NCBI GenBank assembly: GCA_001776935.1
Contig: MFDN01000014.1
Location: 1,464 to 65,463, forward strand
Origin: Candidatus Daviesbacteria bacterium RIFCSPLOWO2_01_FULL_39_23
GTDB taxonomy: Bacteria > Patescibacteriota > Microgenomatia > Daviesbacterales > UBA10151
DNA: 64,000 nucleotides
Direction of reading: 5' to 3'
Both the position numbers and the translations under genes were made by a program. The notes under the pieces are model-generated. The model was not told where the DNA came from. It saw nothing but the letters and a program-made list of their open reading frames with translations, and did not search any database. Below, in pieces: positions 47,868 to 56,815 of this stretch (positions within the stretch are counted from its first letter, which is position 1; each line of letters starts with the position of its first letter).

Positions 47868-47896
47868 TTGCATGACGCTCTAAAGTTTAGTATAAT
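47868..47896 (+). promoter_or_regulatory. Consensus sigma70 promoter TTGCAT-17-TATAAT; the predicted TSS coincides with the start codon region
   Basis: -35 at 47868-47873 and -10 at 47891-47896. ATGs at 47897 and 47906 suggest a leaderless start, probably at 47906. Confidence 0.5.
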
Positions 47897-48316
47897 ATGC
47901 AGTCTATGGTTGAACCAGGAGGCTGGAGAAGAGGAAATTTTAATAATTTAATAAGGGAAACAATCTTTCCATCTGGTATGAGAAGGGAAGAAAGAGTAAA
48001 TCCGTGGTTAAGATCAAAAAGAATTTATGATACATATCCTGATTCATTTAGGGAGAAATATGAATGGGAATTACTTCCGAAAGAAGATCCTCTAAGAGGT
48101 GCACAGCAATCAGCAATGAGGATTGGACATAGAGGTGCCTCCCTGCGTTTCGCAAATAGAGAAAATCAGTGTGTAATTGCAGTTGATTGTTTGGATCAAT
48201 CCCATTTGAATATAAAGATAGTGGATGATATTAAAAAAGAAGGTCCTAATGGTGTGTATGGACTAGATTATGAATCTTTAGTTGTAGCTAGGTATAAATC
48301 CCAGAAATTTAATTGA
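47897..48316 (+). CDS. Hypothetical Arg/Trp-rich protein (family member)
   Basis: 139 aa. It carries GGWRRGNFNNLIRETIFPSGMRREERVNPWL and ENQCVIAVDCLDQSHLNIKIV blocks shared with 40796, 48336 and 52457. Confidence 0.45.
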   Translation: MQSMVEPGGWRRGNFNNLIRETIFPSGMRREERVNPWLRSKRIYDTYPDSFREKYEWELLPKEDPLRGAQQSAMRIGHRGASLRFANRENQCVIAVDCLDQSHLNIKIVDDIKKEGPNGVYGLDYESLVVARYKSQKFN

Positions 48317-48335
48317 GCTGGTTTTAAAAGCGGAG

Positions 48336-49121
48336 GTGCATGAACCAGCTTTTGCAACAGAAAATCATGCAGATAATCCTCCAATTCCCGATTGGCGCGA
48401 TAATCTCTTCGTGTTCCTGGGTTATTTAAGAAGTAAAGATGAAGATTTCTTAGCGGGAAGCGGAGAAGCTAACAGTGATAAGTATCAAAAGGTTGTTGAT
48501 GATATGTTTTCTGGTATTAATAATCCGAAACTAAATAGTGCGAACGAGACGGCTCATCTATTGATTGAAAGACTACTTAAACACATTCCTCCCGATGATC
48601 AGGATGAAGCGGGTAAATTCTTTAGCAGCCTTGCTTTGAAAAAACTTTTTGCTGCAAATTTATTAATGAAAATTAAAAATTGCGAAGTAGATTCCCTTAG
48701 TGAATTACCTGATTTTGATATTGATGATTTTCTTAGTTCTCAATTAGCGTTTGAAATAGAATATATTGCGGATACAGATACTTTACCACAGCAATTGCTT
48801 GTTCTTGATAAATTTACCGATAAAGGCTTTAACTGGCGAGAAATGGAATCTGAAGATTTAGATGAGGGAGTGGAAAGAGGCTCTGGGTGTATAGAATATA
48901 GGGAGAGTATTTCTATACAAGGAGATTTATTCACTGTAAAAAGGATCCGCGATATGATAGTAGTTGATTGTTTAGTGAGAAAAGGAAGAAAACGTTGGCA
49001 GGCTATTTTGCCTTTATATTTAGACTCCGAAAAAATTGATGTAATTGCAAATGATTTAGATAGGGACTTTAGGGAGGCAGAATTTCTTTTGGGAACGGTT
49101 TTTCGCCGACCAATTGATTGA
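48336..49121 (+). CDS. Hypothetical acidic protein with a C-terminal family block
   Basis: 261 aa. The C-terminus IVVDCLVRKGRKRWQAILPLYLD matches the shared RKGRxRxW block. Confidence 0.45.
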   Translation: MHEPAFATENHADNPPIPDWRDNLFVFLGYLRSKDEDFLAGSGEANSDKYQKVVDDMFSGINNPKLNSANETAHLLIERLLKHIPPDDQDEAGKFFSSLALKKLFAANLLMKIKNCEVDSLSELPDFDIDDFLSSQLAFEIEYIADTDTLPQQLLVLDKFTDKGFNWREMESEDLDEGVERGSGCIEYRESISIQGDLFTVKRIRDMIVVDCLVRKGRKRWQAILPLYLDSEKIDVIANDLDRDFREAEFLLGTVFRRPID

Positions 49122-49152
49122 ATATTGAGTATAAGTTAATTAGCTATGCAGG

Positions 49153-49225
49153 CGCGCCCGGAGGGAATCGAACCCCCAACCGCTTCGTCCGAAGCGAAGT
49201 GCTCTATCCGTTAAGCTACGGGCGC
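49153..49225 (-). tRNA. tRNA-Arg (anticodon TCG)
   Basis: The reverse complement folds as GCGCCCG-TA-GCTT-AACGGAT-AGAGC-A-CTTCG-CTTCGGA-CGAAG-CGGTT-GGGGG-TTCGATT-CCCTC-CGGGCGC-G. Confidence 0.8.
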
Positions 49226-49362
49226 AAATCGGTCAAGTCTTTTTATCGCCTAAGGGGAGATAAGATAAGCATTTGACTGACGTAAGTTAATTCTAACAAA
49301 TAGGGGATCTAAAGTATAATTCCCATTTGACAAATACCTAACGATCGTCAACAATTTGATTA

Positions 49363-49870
49363 ATGATAAGAAAAAGATCAAAGTTGGTTAATGCCGCGCT
49401 TTTTGCCTTGGAAAAGTCTGTTTGGGTCGGAGCTACTTTATGCGATTTTGCCTATTATACTCACCAATATGTTTATGGTGAACCTGGCGGAGCTGATAAA
49501 TATGAATTTTATCAGGTTATCAGCAGATTAAGGAAAGAGGGCTTTATTGAAAAAATTAAGGATATAGATCAGGAAAAGATTATCTAAAAATAAAGAATTG
49601 CCTAAAAAAGAAGAAATGGGATGGTAAATGGAGGCTTGTTGTTTTTGATATTCCGGAAAGCAAAAGAAGATTAAGAAATACCTTAAGGCAAAAATTGAAG
49701 GAGTGGGGTTTTAAATATTGGCAAAAAAGTTTATGGGCAAGCAAAAACGATATTGCAGATCCTCTTAGGGAATTTATAAATAAATTGAGGCTTTCAGATT
49801 TTGTACTGGTAGTAGTCTCAAACGACCTTGGTATTTGGCAAAGTAATCAAAAAACTGACGATCGTTCATA
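49363..49870 (+). pseudogene. PaaX-like transcriptional regulator, frameshifted (N-terminal wHTH ORF plus a C-terminal PaaX_C reading frame)
   Basis: The ORF at 49363..49587 ends in an A-run (CTAAAAAAGAAGAAA). The next frame then reads KKKKWDGKWRLVVFDIPESKRRLRNTLRQKLKEWGFKYWQKSLWAS, matching the PaaX C-terminal consensus (WDGxWxLVxFDIPE...GF...QxSVW). It is flanked by direct repeats ACGATCGTCAACAATTTGAT (49342) and ACGATCGTTCATAATTTGAT (49858). Confidence 0.55.
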
Positions 49871-49917
49871 ATTTGATGAATTTTAATTTAGAATTAAATT
49901 ATTTTAAGAAATAGAAA

Positions 49918-50745
49918 TTAATCTACCAAAGAAAGTAACTTAAGCGCCCCGCAAAAGCCTGCATCATGGCCTAATGTACCTAAAACTACTTCTGGTATCT
50001 GAGGAAATATTTTTAGTTCTTCAGTAAGGTGGGCTTTAACTCTGTCTAAAGGCAGGCTTTGTGATACAGATCCTCCCAAAACTAAAATATCAGGGGACCA
50101 ATGCACAATTGTATTATTTATCCCGATAGCTGCATATTTTGCTATTTCATCCCAGGCAGCAGGATCTTTTAAATCTTCTGCTTTTTGTCCGTAAATCCTT
50201 TCAATATTTTCCCCTCCGATATAGCTTTCCAGATGACCTTTGCCGCCGCAGTTGCAGGGTTTTCCGGAAGGTACAATAATTTGGTGGCCTGTTTCAAATC
50301 CTAAAGCATTTTCATCTATTTTGCCATCTTCTATTTTAGCTCCATTAACCCCTGTCCCAATATTTATAAAAGCGACAATTTTATTGCCTGCTCCTGCTCC
50401 GAAAACAGCTTCCCCTAATCCTCCTAAAGCAGTATCGTTTTCCAGCAGAACCCTGCACTCAAAGACGCTTTCCAGTTGAGTTTTAAAAGGTTTTTGAATC
50501 CATCCGGGAATGTGGGGAGATGCAACAAGCATAGATTTCGTTTTATCCAATGGCCCTGCAACAGATCCTGCTACGGCTGTTATTTTCTCTCCGCTGGACA
50601 GCTCTACTACAACTTGTTTTAAAGCCTCAATACCATTTTCAAACTCTTTTGGAGTTGGAACAATTTTGGATGATTTGATTGTTCTTCCGTCAGAGGATAT
50701 TGCTATCCTCATATTTGTTCCGCCGATATCAAAAACTAAAAACAT
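49918..50745 (-). CDS. ROK-family sugar kinase (glucokinase-like)
   Basis: MFLVFDIGGTNMRIAI (ATP-binding), the ROK zinc motif CNCGGKGHLESY, and GLGEAVFGAGAGN are present. Confidence 0.85.
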   Translation of the reverse strand: MFLVFDIGGTNMRIAISSDGRTIKSSKIVPTPKEFENGIEALKQVVVELSSGEKITAVAGSVAGPLDKTKSMLVASPHIPGWIQKPFKTQLESVFECRVLLENDTALGGLGEAVFGAGAGNKIVAFINIGTGVNGAKIEDGKIDENALGFETGHQIIVPSGKPCNCGGKGHLESYIGGENIERIYGQKAEDLKDPAAWDEIAKYAAIGINNTIVHWSPDILVLGGSVSQSLPLDRVKAHLTEELKIFPQIPEVVLGTLGHDAGFCGALKLLSLVD

Positions 50746-50880
50746 AGGGTATAGCGTATAGGGTACAGCGTATAGTTATAAAAATCAATCTCACTTATTT
50801 CTTACTTTTTCCTCATGTATTCCATAACTTATAGACTTAGAATCAAATGTATCTTAAGGAAAAAGGAGGTGATAAAAGAA

Positions 50881-51042
50881 ATGGTTACAAAAACATTAAT
50901 TGGCATGGGTACATTAATAATTGCTTTTGCAATAACCTTGGGGTTGGCATTGGCACAGTCACCAAGCCCAACAGCAACAGCCAGCCCGGCTGCCAGCCCG
51001 CAAGCACCTGCCGGAGCGCCGGCTACAGGCATGGGTTATTAA
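50881..51042 (+). CDS. Small membrane/secreted Ala/Pro-rich protein immediately upstream of the sortase
   Basis: 53 aa, starting at an ATG with a strong SD (AAAGGAGGTGAT). A TM/signal segment is followed by SPSPTATASPAASPQAPAGAPATGMGY, which ends in a PxTG-like motif. Confidence 0.4.
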   Translation: MVTKTLIGMGTLIIAFAITLGLALAQSPSPTATASPAASPQAPAGAPATGMGY

Positions 51043-51066
51043 TGAGTGTTGTGATAACATAGCGAA

Positions 51067-51684
51067 GTGAAAAAGAAGTTATCAATTGTTTGGATTGTTA
51101 TTATTTTTGCTGTATTAGGAATGGTTGGAGGTACAGTTTTTGTAAACCGGAATCTTCAGGTATTACAGCAAACTGTGCCTCAAGCCGTACAAAAAGAGGC
51201 TGTAACGCCCATACTTGCTCAAAGTAAGGAAAGCGTGCAGGCGGCTGAGCCGCGGCTTATCAGTATTCCTAAAATTAATATCACTGCAGATGTGGAATCT
51301 GTTGGCGAGGATGAAAAAGGCAGGATGGCAGTTCCCGGGGAAGTAATGAATGTGGGATGGTATAAACTTGGCTATAAGCCCGGAGAAAAAGGCAGTGCGG
51401 TATTTGCAGGACATTTGGATAAAGTTACCGGTGAACCGGCAGTTTTTTATGATATCAGTAAATTATCAGCAGGTGATGAAATTATTGTAACGGACAAAAA
51501 CGGCAAAAAATTAACTTTTGAAGTTATTAAATCCCAAGTTTATCCCTTTGATGAAGTCCCACTTAAGGAGGTATTTCTTAGTACTGATAAAATCCGGTTG
51601 AATTTGATCACCTGTACAGGATCATGGAATAAAGATGATAAAAACTACTCCAACAGACTGGTTGTTTATTCTCAGCTGAAGTAA
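51067..51684 (+). CDS. Sortase (class E/F-like transpeptidase)
   Basis: An N-terminal TM helix is followed by the catalytic His region (AVFAGHLD), Cys (LNLITCTGSW) and Arg (NRLVVYSQ). Confidence 0.75.
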   Translation: MKKKLSIVWIVIIFAVLGMVGGTVFVNRNLQVLQQTVPQAVQKEAVTPILAQSKESVQAAEPRLISIPKINITADVESVGEDEKGRMAVPGEVMNVGWYKLGYKPGEKGSAVFAGHLDKVTGEPAVFYDISKLSAGDEIIVTDKNGKKLTFEVIKSQVYPFDEVPLKEVFLSTDKIRLNLITCTGSWNKDDKNYSNRLVVYSQLK

Positions 51685-51685
51685 T

Positions 51686-51724
51686 CCCACCTCGGAGGTA
51701 GGAGTACAATGACACGTAGGGTTT
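51686..51724. repeat. REP-like palindromic element, copy 1 (CCCACCTCGGAGGTAGGAGTAC...ACGTAGGGTTT)
   Basis: It is 20/21 identical over its core to the copy at 56839. It lies between the convergent sortase and rpe genes. Confidence 0.65.
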
Positions 51725-52424
51725 AGAAGGCTTCCAAGACTTTCAAAAGTTGCGCAAGATTTTCATCAGGATCACCTTTCATTAAAAAAGAGCCCAAAAT
51801 AAGCGAATCTGCTCCTGCTTCCAAAATTTCTCCGGCATTAGTATCTTTAACAGCTCCGTCAACAGAAATTTTTACCGGCCATCCTTTTGATTTTATTTCC
51901 CTGATTTTATGTATGGTTTCCGGTACAAAAGGCTGGCCCTGAAAGCCTGGGGTGACTCCCATAACCAAAACTCTATCCACAATTTGAGAATACGGCTCTA
52001 GAGCTTTAATGTCAGTATCAGGATTAATTGCCAACACGCTTTCTGCAACCCCTCTTTTTATCAGCTCAATATATCCGGCAATATCTTCATCTGCTTCAAT
52101 ATGAATAATTATCCGGGCAAATCCCAGTTCCAAACATCTTTTAATCCAGCTTTTTGGCTGTTTGACCATAAGATGTGCCTCTTTTTTTAAAGCCCCAAAA
52201 TCCATATTTGCTAAATCATCCGGATTAATGCTTTTGTTGGGTACTAAGATATTGTCCATAAAATCCACATGAACCCAGCCGGAGTTTAAAGTCTTAGAGC
52301 TTAATAATTTATTTAGATCAACTTTAAAGTCCTCAATATTTTTGCTTAAAATCGCAGGAATAATTTCTTCGGGGATTTTAACCATTTGAAACATTTTAAC
52401 ATAAGTCTTTTTGCTTGCTTCCAA
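51723..52424 (-). CDS. rpe: Ribulose-phosphate 3-epimerase
   Basis: WVHVDFMDNILVPN...HLMV...DGAV shows the RPE TIM-barrel motifs. Confidence 0.9.
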   Translation of the reverse strand: MEASKKTYVKMFQMVKIPEEIIPAILSKNIEDFKVDLNKLLSSKTLNSGWVHVDFMDNILVPNKSINPDDLANMDFGALKKEAHLMVKQPKSWIKRCLELGFARIIIHIEADEDIAGYIELIKRGVAESVLAINPDTDIKALEPYSQIVDRVLVMGVTPGFQGQPFVPETIHKIREIKSKGWPVKISVDGAVKDTNAGEILEAGADSLILGSFLMKGDPDENLAQLLKVLEAF

Positions 52425-52456
52425 AGATAAAAAAGAGTAAGATGAGCGTCCTCTAA

Positions 52457-53308
52457 ATGATGGAACTAATAGAATCGACTAAGTATAAATTACCGGATAG
52501 CAGTCGTCATCTTCCAAAAAATCCAAGGCCCTTGGCCAGACCAGATATTAGGAATGATCTCGTAGAAGGTGATCCCGGAGTGATGTTTTCCTCCTTAGAA
52601 CCTCTAATGGGTGAATTAGGATTTTGTGAGGATAAGAAATTCCGTGATAGGGTTTCCCGTAAGGGCAGGTGGCGCATTTGGACTCGAGTTGTGGATATAC
52701 CAAATTTTCCTGAAGGCGAGACACGTGTTAATTCATTCCTGGCCTATTACAAGCCTGATAAGATAGCAACAGCTCCAAGGGTACTGTTGAGGCAATCGTT
52801 GAGTTCCTTAGATGAGGAAGAGATTTCAAAAGATCTTGCGGAATTTACAAGGCATTTTGTAGAAAGACCAACACTTCGAAGACTTCCTAATACAGCTTTA
52901 GCAAACCAAAGAGGGTTTCAATATGCAGAATCTGCTGCTTTAGGAGCTTTGGTAGGAGGAGTTGTTCAGGCATTGAGAGGCAGGGGAGTTTCCGAAGGAA
53001 GAAATCCCTCTGTTGCGAGGGGGGTGCTTATTGGGGGTATTGCATTTCCGGTAATTACAGGTGCTTTGCATTACATGGGAGAAAGATCCGCCCGAAGCAG
53101 GATACCTCGTATAGATCAATACCAGGCAGGTGAATATGTTTGGGATGCTTTAGTTGCTGAATTCAGGCATAGGCTTACTGTATCTATTCAGCAAGATGAT
53201 TTCAGAAGGGATTGGATTAATCGAGCGGAGTTTAAAGGACTACCGCCTGAAGACTTAGCTGTAAAATATTTAGAGAACTATTATGGTGTGGACGGGCAGA
53301 AAAAGTAA
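52457..53308 (+). CDS. Hypothetical Arg-rich protein (family member)
   Basis: 283 aa. The block VSRKGRWRIWTRVVDIPNFPEGETRVNSFL is shared with the 47897 and 48336 proteins. Confidence 0.45.
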   Translation: MMELIESTKYKLPDSSRHLPKNPRPLARPDIRNDLVEGDPGVMFSSLEPLMGELGFCEDKKFRDRVSRKGRWRIWTRVVDIPNFPEGETRVNSFLAYYKPDKIATAPRVLLRQSLSSLDEEEISKDLAEFTRHFVERPTLRRLPNTALANQRGFQYAESAALGALVGGVVQALRGRGVSEGRNPSVARGVLIGGIAFPVITGALHYMGERSARSRIPRIDQYQAGEYVWDALVAEFRHRLTVSIQQDDFRRDWINRAEFKGLPPEDLAVKYLENYYGVDGQKK

Positions 53309-53368
53309 GGGAAAATATGACTTTTGTTATTGACTATTGGATAAAGTTTTGTTAGGCTCATAGGATCA

Positions 53369-55207
53369 ATGGAGATTAAAAAACTTGAGACTTTTGCAAA
53401 ACTAATCAGGTATTTTATTTTAACTTCCACCACTAAAGCGGGCACAGGTCATCCCACGTCTTCTCTTTCTGCAGTAGAGTTAACCACCGCCCTTATGTTT
53501 GGCGGTTTTTTTAGATTTAACCTTAAAGATCCAAAAAATCCCAGAAATGACCGTTTAATTTTTTCTAAAGGGCATGCATCTCCGCTATTTTATTCTCTGT
53601 ATGCTGCTGCCGGTGCAATTACAGAAGAGGAGTTATTAACTTTGAGAAAATTTGGGAGCAGATTAGAAGGTCACCCGACTATGGATTTCCCCTATACGGA
53701 GGCGCCAACGGGATCCTTGGGTCAGGGCTTATCTGCAGGTGTGGGCATGGCTTTAAACAGCAAATATTTGGATAAAACTAACTACAAAACCTATGTTTTA
53801 CTGGGGGATTCTGAGATGGCGGAGGGGTCTGTTTGGGAAGCAATACAATCTGCAAGCTTTTATAAATTGGACAACCTGATTGGAATCTTAGATGTGAACC
53901 GTCTGGGCCAAAGCCGGGAAACCATGCTGGGGCACCATATAGAAATTTATCAAAAAAGAATTGCCTCTTTTGGCTGGGAAACAATTGTTGTTAAAAACGG
54001 CCATGATTTTAAGGAAGTTATAGCAGCCCTTGAAAAAGCTGTAAAAGTTAAAGAAAAGCCGGTCATGATTATTGCCAAGACCCTAAAAGGCAGGGGTGTT
54101 TCTTTTCTGGAAGACAAAGACGGCTGGCACGGAAAAGCAATTCCGGAAAAAGACCTGCAGTCTGCCTTAAGCGAACTGGGTGAAATCGATAAAAAAATCC
54201 GCGGCAAGATTGCGTTACCTTCTAAACCTAAACCTCAAACTAAGCCATCCACCCCCCAACCCCCACAACCTATTACCTATTCCATAGGTGATTCCATCGC
54301 AACCCGTAAAGCCTACGGAAACGCCTTAATCAGGCTTTTTCCCAAATATCCTAATATGGTGGTGATGGACGGAGAAACTTCCAACTCTACTTATTCAGAA
54401 CTTTTTGCCAAAGCCAACCCCAAAAATTATTTTGAAATGTTTATTGCAGAACAAAATATGGTCGGAGCAGCTACAGGCCTTTCCAGAATGGGTAAGATTC
54501 CTTTTATTTCCACTTTTGCTGCCTTTTATGCCAGGGCTTTTGACCAAATCAGGATGGCTCAATACGCAGACACCAATGTTAAATTTGTCGGTTCGCACGC
54601 AGGGGTTTCAATCGGTGAAGATGGTGCCTCGCAAATGGGGTTGGAGGACATTGCCATGTTCCGCAGCATTTTAGGCAGTGTTATTTTATATCCTTCTGAC
54701 GCAGTATCTGCCGACCGGCTGACGGAAGAAGCGGCAAAACATAAGGGCATTGTTTATATCCGGACAACCAGAAAAGAAGCACCGGTAATTTACGGTAGTG
54801 GCGAAAAATTCCCGATTGGCGGCAGCAAAACTGTTAAAAGTAGTCCTTTTGATAAAGTTACTGTAATTGGAGCCGGTGTAACGCTGCATGAGGCTTTAGG
54901 AGCCTATGAGATTTTAAAAGAAAAAGAAATAACAATTAGGGTAGTTGACCTTTATTCAATTATGCCTCTGGATATTAAAACCCTGCAAAAGTGCATGAAT
55001 GATACACAGGCAATTATTGTGGTGGAGGATCACCATACAGGTGGCGGAATAGGGGAAGCTGTAGCTTCTGTGTTGTCCGGTTCAGGTAAGCCGGTTATAA
55101 AAATGGCTGTAGAAAAAATGCCCAGAAGCGGCAAGCCGGATGAGCTCTTGGAATATGAAGGAATCTCCGCTTCTGCAATAGTCAAAAAAGTGCAAAAAAT
55201 AGTATAA
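53369..55207 (+). CDS. tkt: Transketolase (single-chain, compact)
   Basis: TPP-binding GHPTSSLS, GDSEMAEGSVWEA, and a C-terminal pyrimidine/transketolase-C region. Length is 612 aa. Confidence 0.9.
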   Translation: MEIKKLETFAKLIRYFILTSTTKAGTGHPTSSLSAVELTTALMFGGFFRFNLKDPKNPRNDRLIFSKGHASPLFYSLYAAAGAITEEELLTLRKFGSRLEGHPTMDFPYTEAPTGSLGQGLSAGVGMALNSKYLDKTNYKTYVLLGDSEMAEGSVWEAIQSASFYKLDNLIGILDVNRLGQSRETMLGHHIEIYQKRIASFGWETIVVKNGHDFKEVIAALEKAVKVKEKPVMIIAKTLKGRGVSFLEDKDGWHGKAIPEKDLQSALSELGEIDKKIRGKIALPSKPKPQTKPSTPQPPQPITYSIGDSIATRKAYGNALIRLFPKYPNMVVMDGETSNSTYSELFAKANPKNYFEMFIAEQNMVGAATGLSRMGKIPFISTFAAFYARAFDQIRMAQYADTNVKFVGSHAGVSIGEDGASQMGLEDIAMFRSILGSVILYPSDAVSADRLTEEAAKHKGIVYIRTTRKEAPVIYGSGEKFPIGGSKTVKSSPFDKVTVIGAGVTLHEALGAYEILKEKEITIRVVDLYSIMPLDIKTLQKCMNDTQAIIVVEDHHTGGGIGEAVASVLSGSGKPVIKMAVEKMPRSGKPDELLEYEGISASAIVKKVQKIV

Positions 55208-55330
55208 TTAGTGTAGCAATTAGGCATTATTCTTCGATCCGGCCCTGCCGGAGAGAAGTTTCCTTAATAATATTCATCATTAATATTTTTAAGGTATGTT
55301 CTCGGATGCACTCGAACAATAATTTAAAGT

Positions 55331-56173
55331 ATGAAACCTAATAACCTTAAAACCAAAATCTTTTTAGACAGCGGTGATCCCAAGGAAACTGAAGAAATCA
55401 AAAACCTGCTGGGTTTTTTGGACGGCCAAACCACCAATCCTTCTTTAATTGCCAAAAACCCTGATGCCTTGGGCAAAAAATTCTCCAAAGAAGAAATCGC
55501 CTCATTTTATAAAGATGTAGTTGAAAAAGTTAATTCAATTATTCCGGAAGGCTCAATTTCCATAGAAGTTTATGCGGATAAAGATTCTACCTCTGATGTT
55601 CTTTTGGAAGAAGGCCGCAAAATGTTTTCCTGGATCCCAAATGCCCATATTAAATATCCAATCACAAAAGCAGGCCTGGAAGCAGCAGAAAAATCCGTGA
55701 AAGAGGGGATCAGGTTGAATATGACTCTCTGCTTTTCACAGGAACAGGCAGCTGCTGTTTATTCTGCAACAAGTGGGGGGGGAAATACCTATGTTTCCCC
55801 TTTTGCCGGCAGGTGGGATGATAAAGGCTTTAACGGTATGGATTTAATAAAAAACATTTTAAAAATGTATGAAAACGGTGACGGACACGTAAAAGTTTTG
55901 GCAGCCTCTATCAGAAATATGGATCATTTTTTGTGTTCGCTTGCTATGGGAGCAGATATTATTACAGCTCCTTTTAAAATCCTGAAAGAATGGGCAGATA
56001 ATGGAATGCAAATCCCCGGGCCTGATTATGTTTATCCCAAAGGGGAGTTAAAAGAAATTCCTTATCAGGAAATTAGTTTGGATAAGCCATGGCAGGAATA
56101 TGAAATCTTACACGAAATGACAGACGCAGGCCTGGAAAAATTCTCCACAGACTGGAACAACCTTATTGCCTAA
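55331..56173 (+). CDS. Transaldolase / fructose-6-phosphate aldolase family protein
   Basis: FLDSGDPKETEE (the FLDTA-type start), the Schiff-base Lys region IKYPITKAGLEA, and VSPFAGR are present. Confidence 0.8.
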   Translation: MKPNNLKTKIFLDSGDPKETEEIKNLLGFLDGQTTNPSLIAKNPDALGKKFSKEEIASFYKDVVEKVNSIIPEGSISIEVYADKDSTSDVLLEEGRKMFSWIPNAHIKYPITKAGLEAAEKSVKEGIRLNMTLCFSQEQAAAVYSATSGGGNTYVSPFAGRWDDKGFNGMDLIKNILKMYENGDGHVKVLAASIRNMDHFLCSLAMGADIITAPFKILKEWADNGMQIPGPDYVYPKGELKEIPYQEISLDKPWQEYEILHEMTDAGLEKFSTDWNNLIA

Positions 56174-56175
56174 AA

Positions 56176-56214
56176 TCCTACCTCCGAGGTAGAAATGAGG
56201 CTATACCTAGGGTT
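56176..56214. repeat. REP-like palindromic element, copy 2 (CCTACCTCCGAGGTAG...ATACCTAGGGTTT)
   Basis: It lies immediately downstream of the stop of the RAYT-like gene. Its core is the inverted version of the copy-1 core. Confidence 0.6.
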
Positions 56215-56217
56215 TAT

Positions 56218-56631
56218 CTATTCCTCCAAAGCTAAGTGTTTTATTAATTCTAATTTTTGAGCATAGTCAACTTGGTCTAAAACAAACTCTTCATACGTAT
56301 GTTCGCTTTTGAACATAGAAAGAACAAAATCTTTGGAACAGGCTTTATCAAACTGCGAACTAATATAATTCTGATAAGAGGACCAGGGATACTCTTTCAA
56401 ATCCTTTACAAGGAAGGAGGCGATGGGATTTAGGTGAATATATCGTGAGACATGAATTAATTGTTCATCAGATTCAATCCTCAGAGCCTTAAATTGACCT
56501 TGTAGCAGAGGCCCTACCCGACTATATCTGGTATTAAAATATTTTGTATAACTGTTAGATATCTTGCTGATAAATTCAGAAATACCATTATCCTGAATCT
56601 GCCGAATTAAAAAATGATAGTGGTTGGGCAT
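56218..56631 (-). mobile_element. Truncated IS200/RAYT-like HUH (Y1) transposase gene
   Basis: MPNHYHFLI (HuH motif) ... RVGPLLQGQFKALRIESDEQLIHVSRYIHLNPI (the conserved RYIxxNP end of Y1 transposases). The upstream in-frame sequence stays open for about 45 codons (…KKIIEILCYCL-MPNHYHF) with no ATG, GTG or TTG, so the N-terminus looks lost or degenerate. Confidence 0.6.
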
Positions 56632-56815
56632 TAGGCAGTAACAAAGTATTTCTATAATTTTTTTATTTTTCTCAAACTTAAAATCCTTAAATCTATTAAG
56701 CTGAGAAAATTGAGGTTTAGGACCTTGATACTGATAATAGTAATAAATACATGATAAATCTGATCGTTTACTAGGGGAGTTTTACGATAGGGCATTAATA
56801 AGACTAAATCACATA

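Noticed and set aside
49590-49870. Cas2-like reading of the WRLVVFDIPE… frame
   Set aside because: The WDGKWRLVVFDIPE…GF…Q.S.W pattern matches the PaaX C-terminal domain better. There are no CRISPR repeats or other cas genes anywhere in the window.
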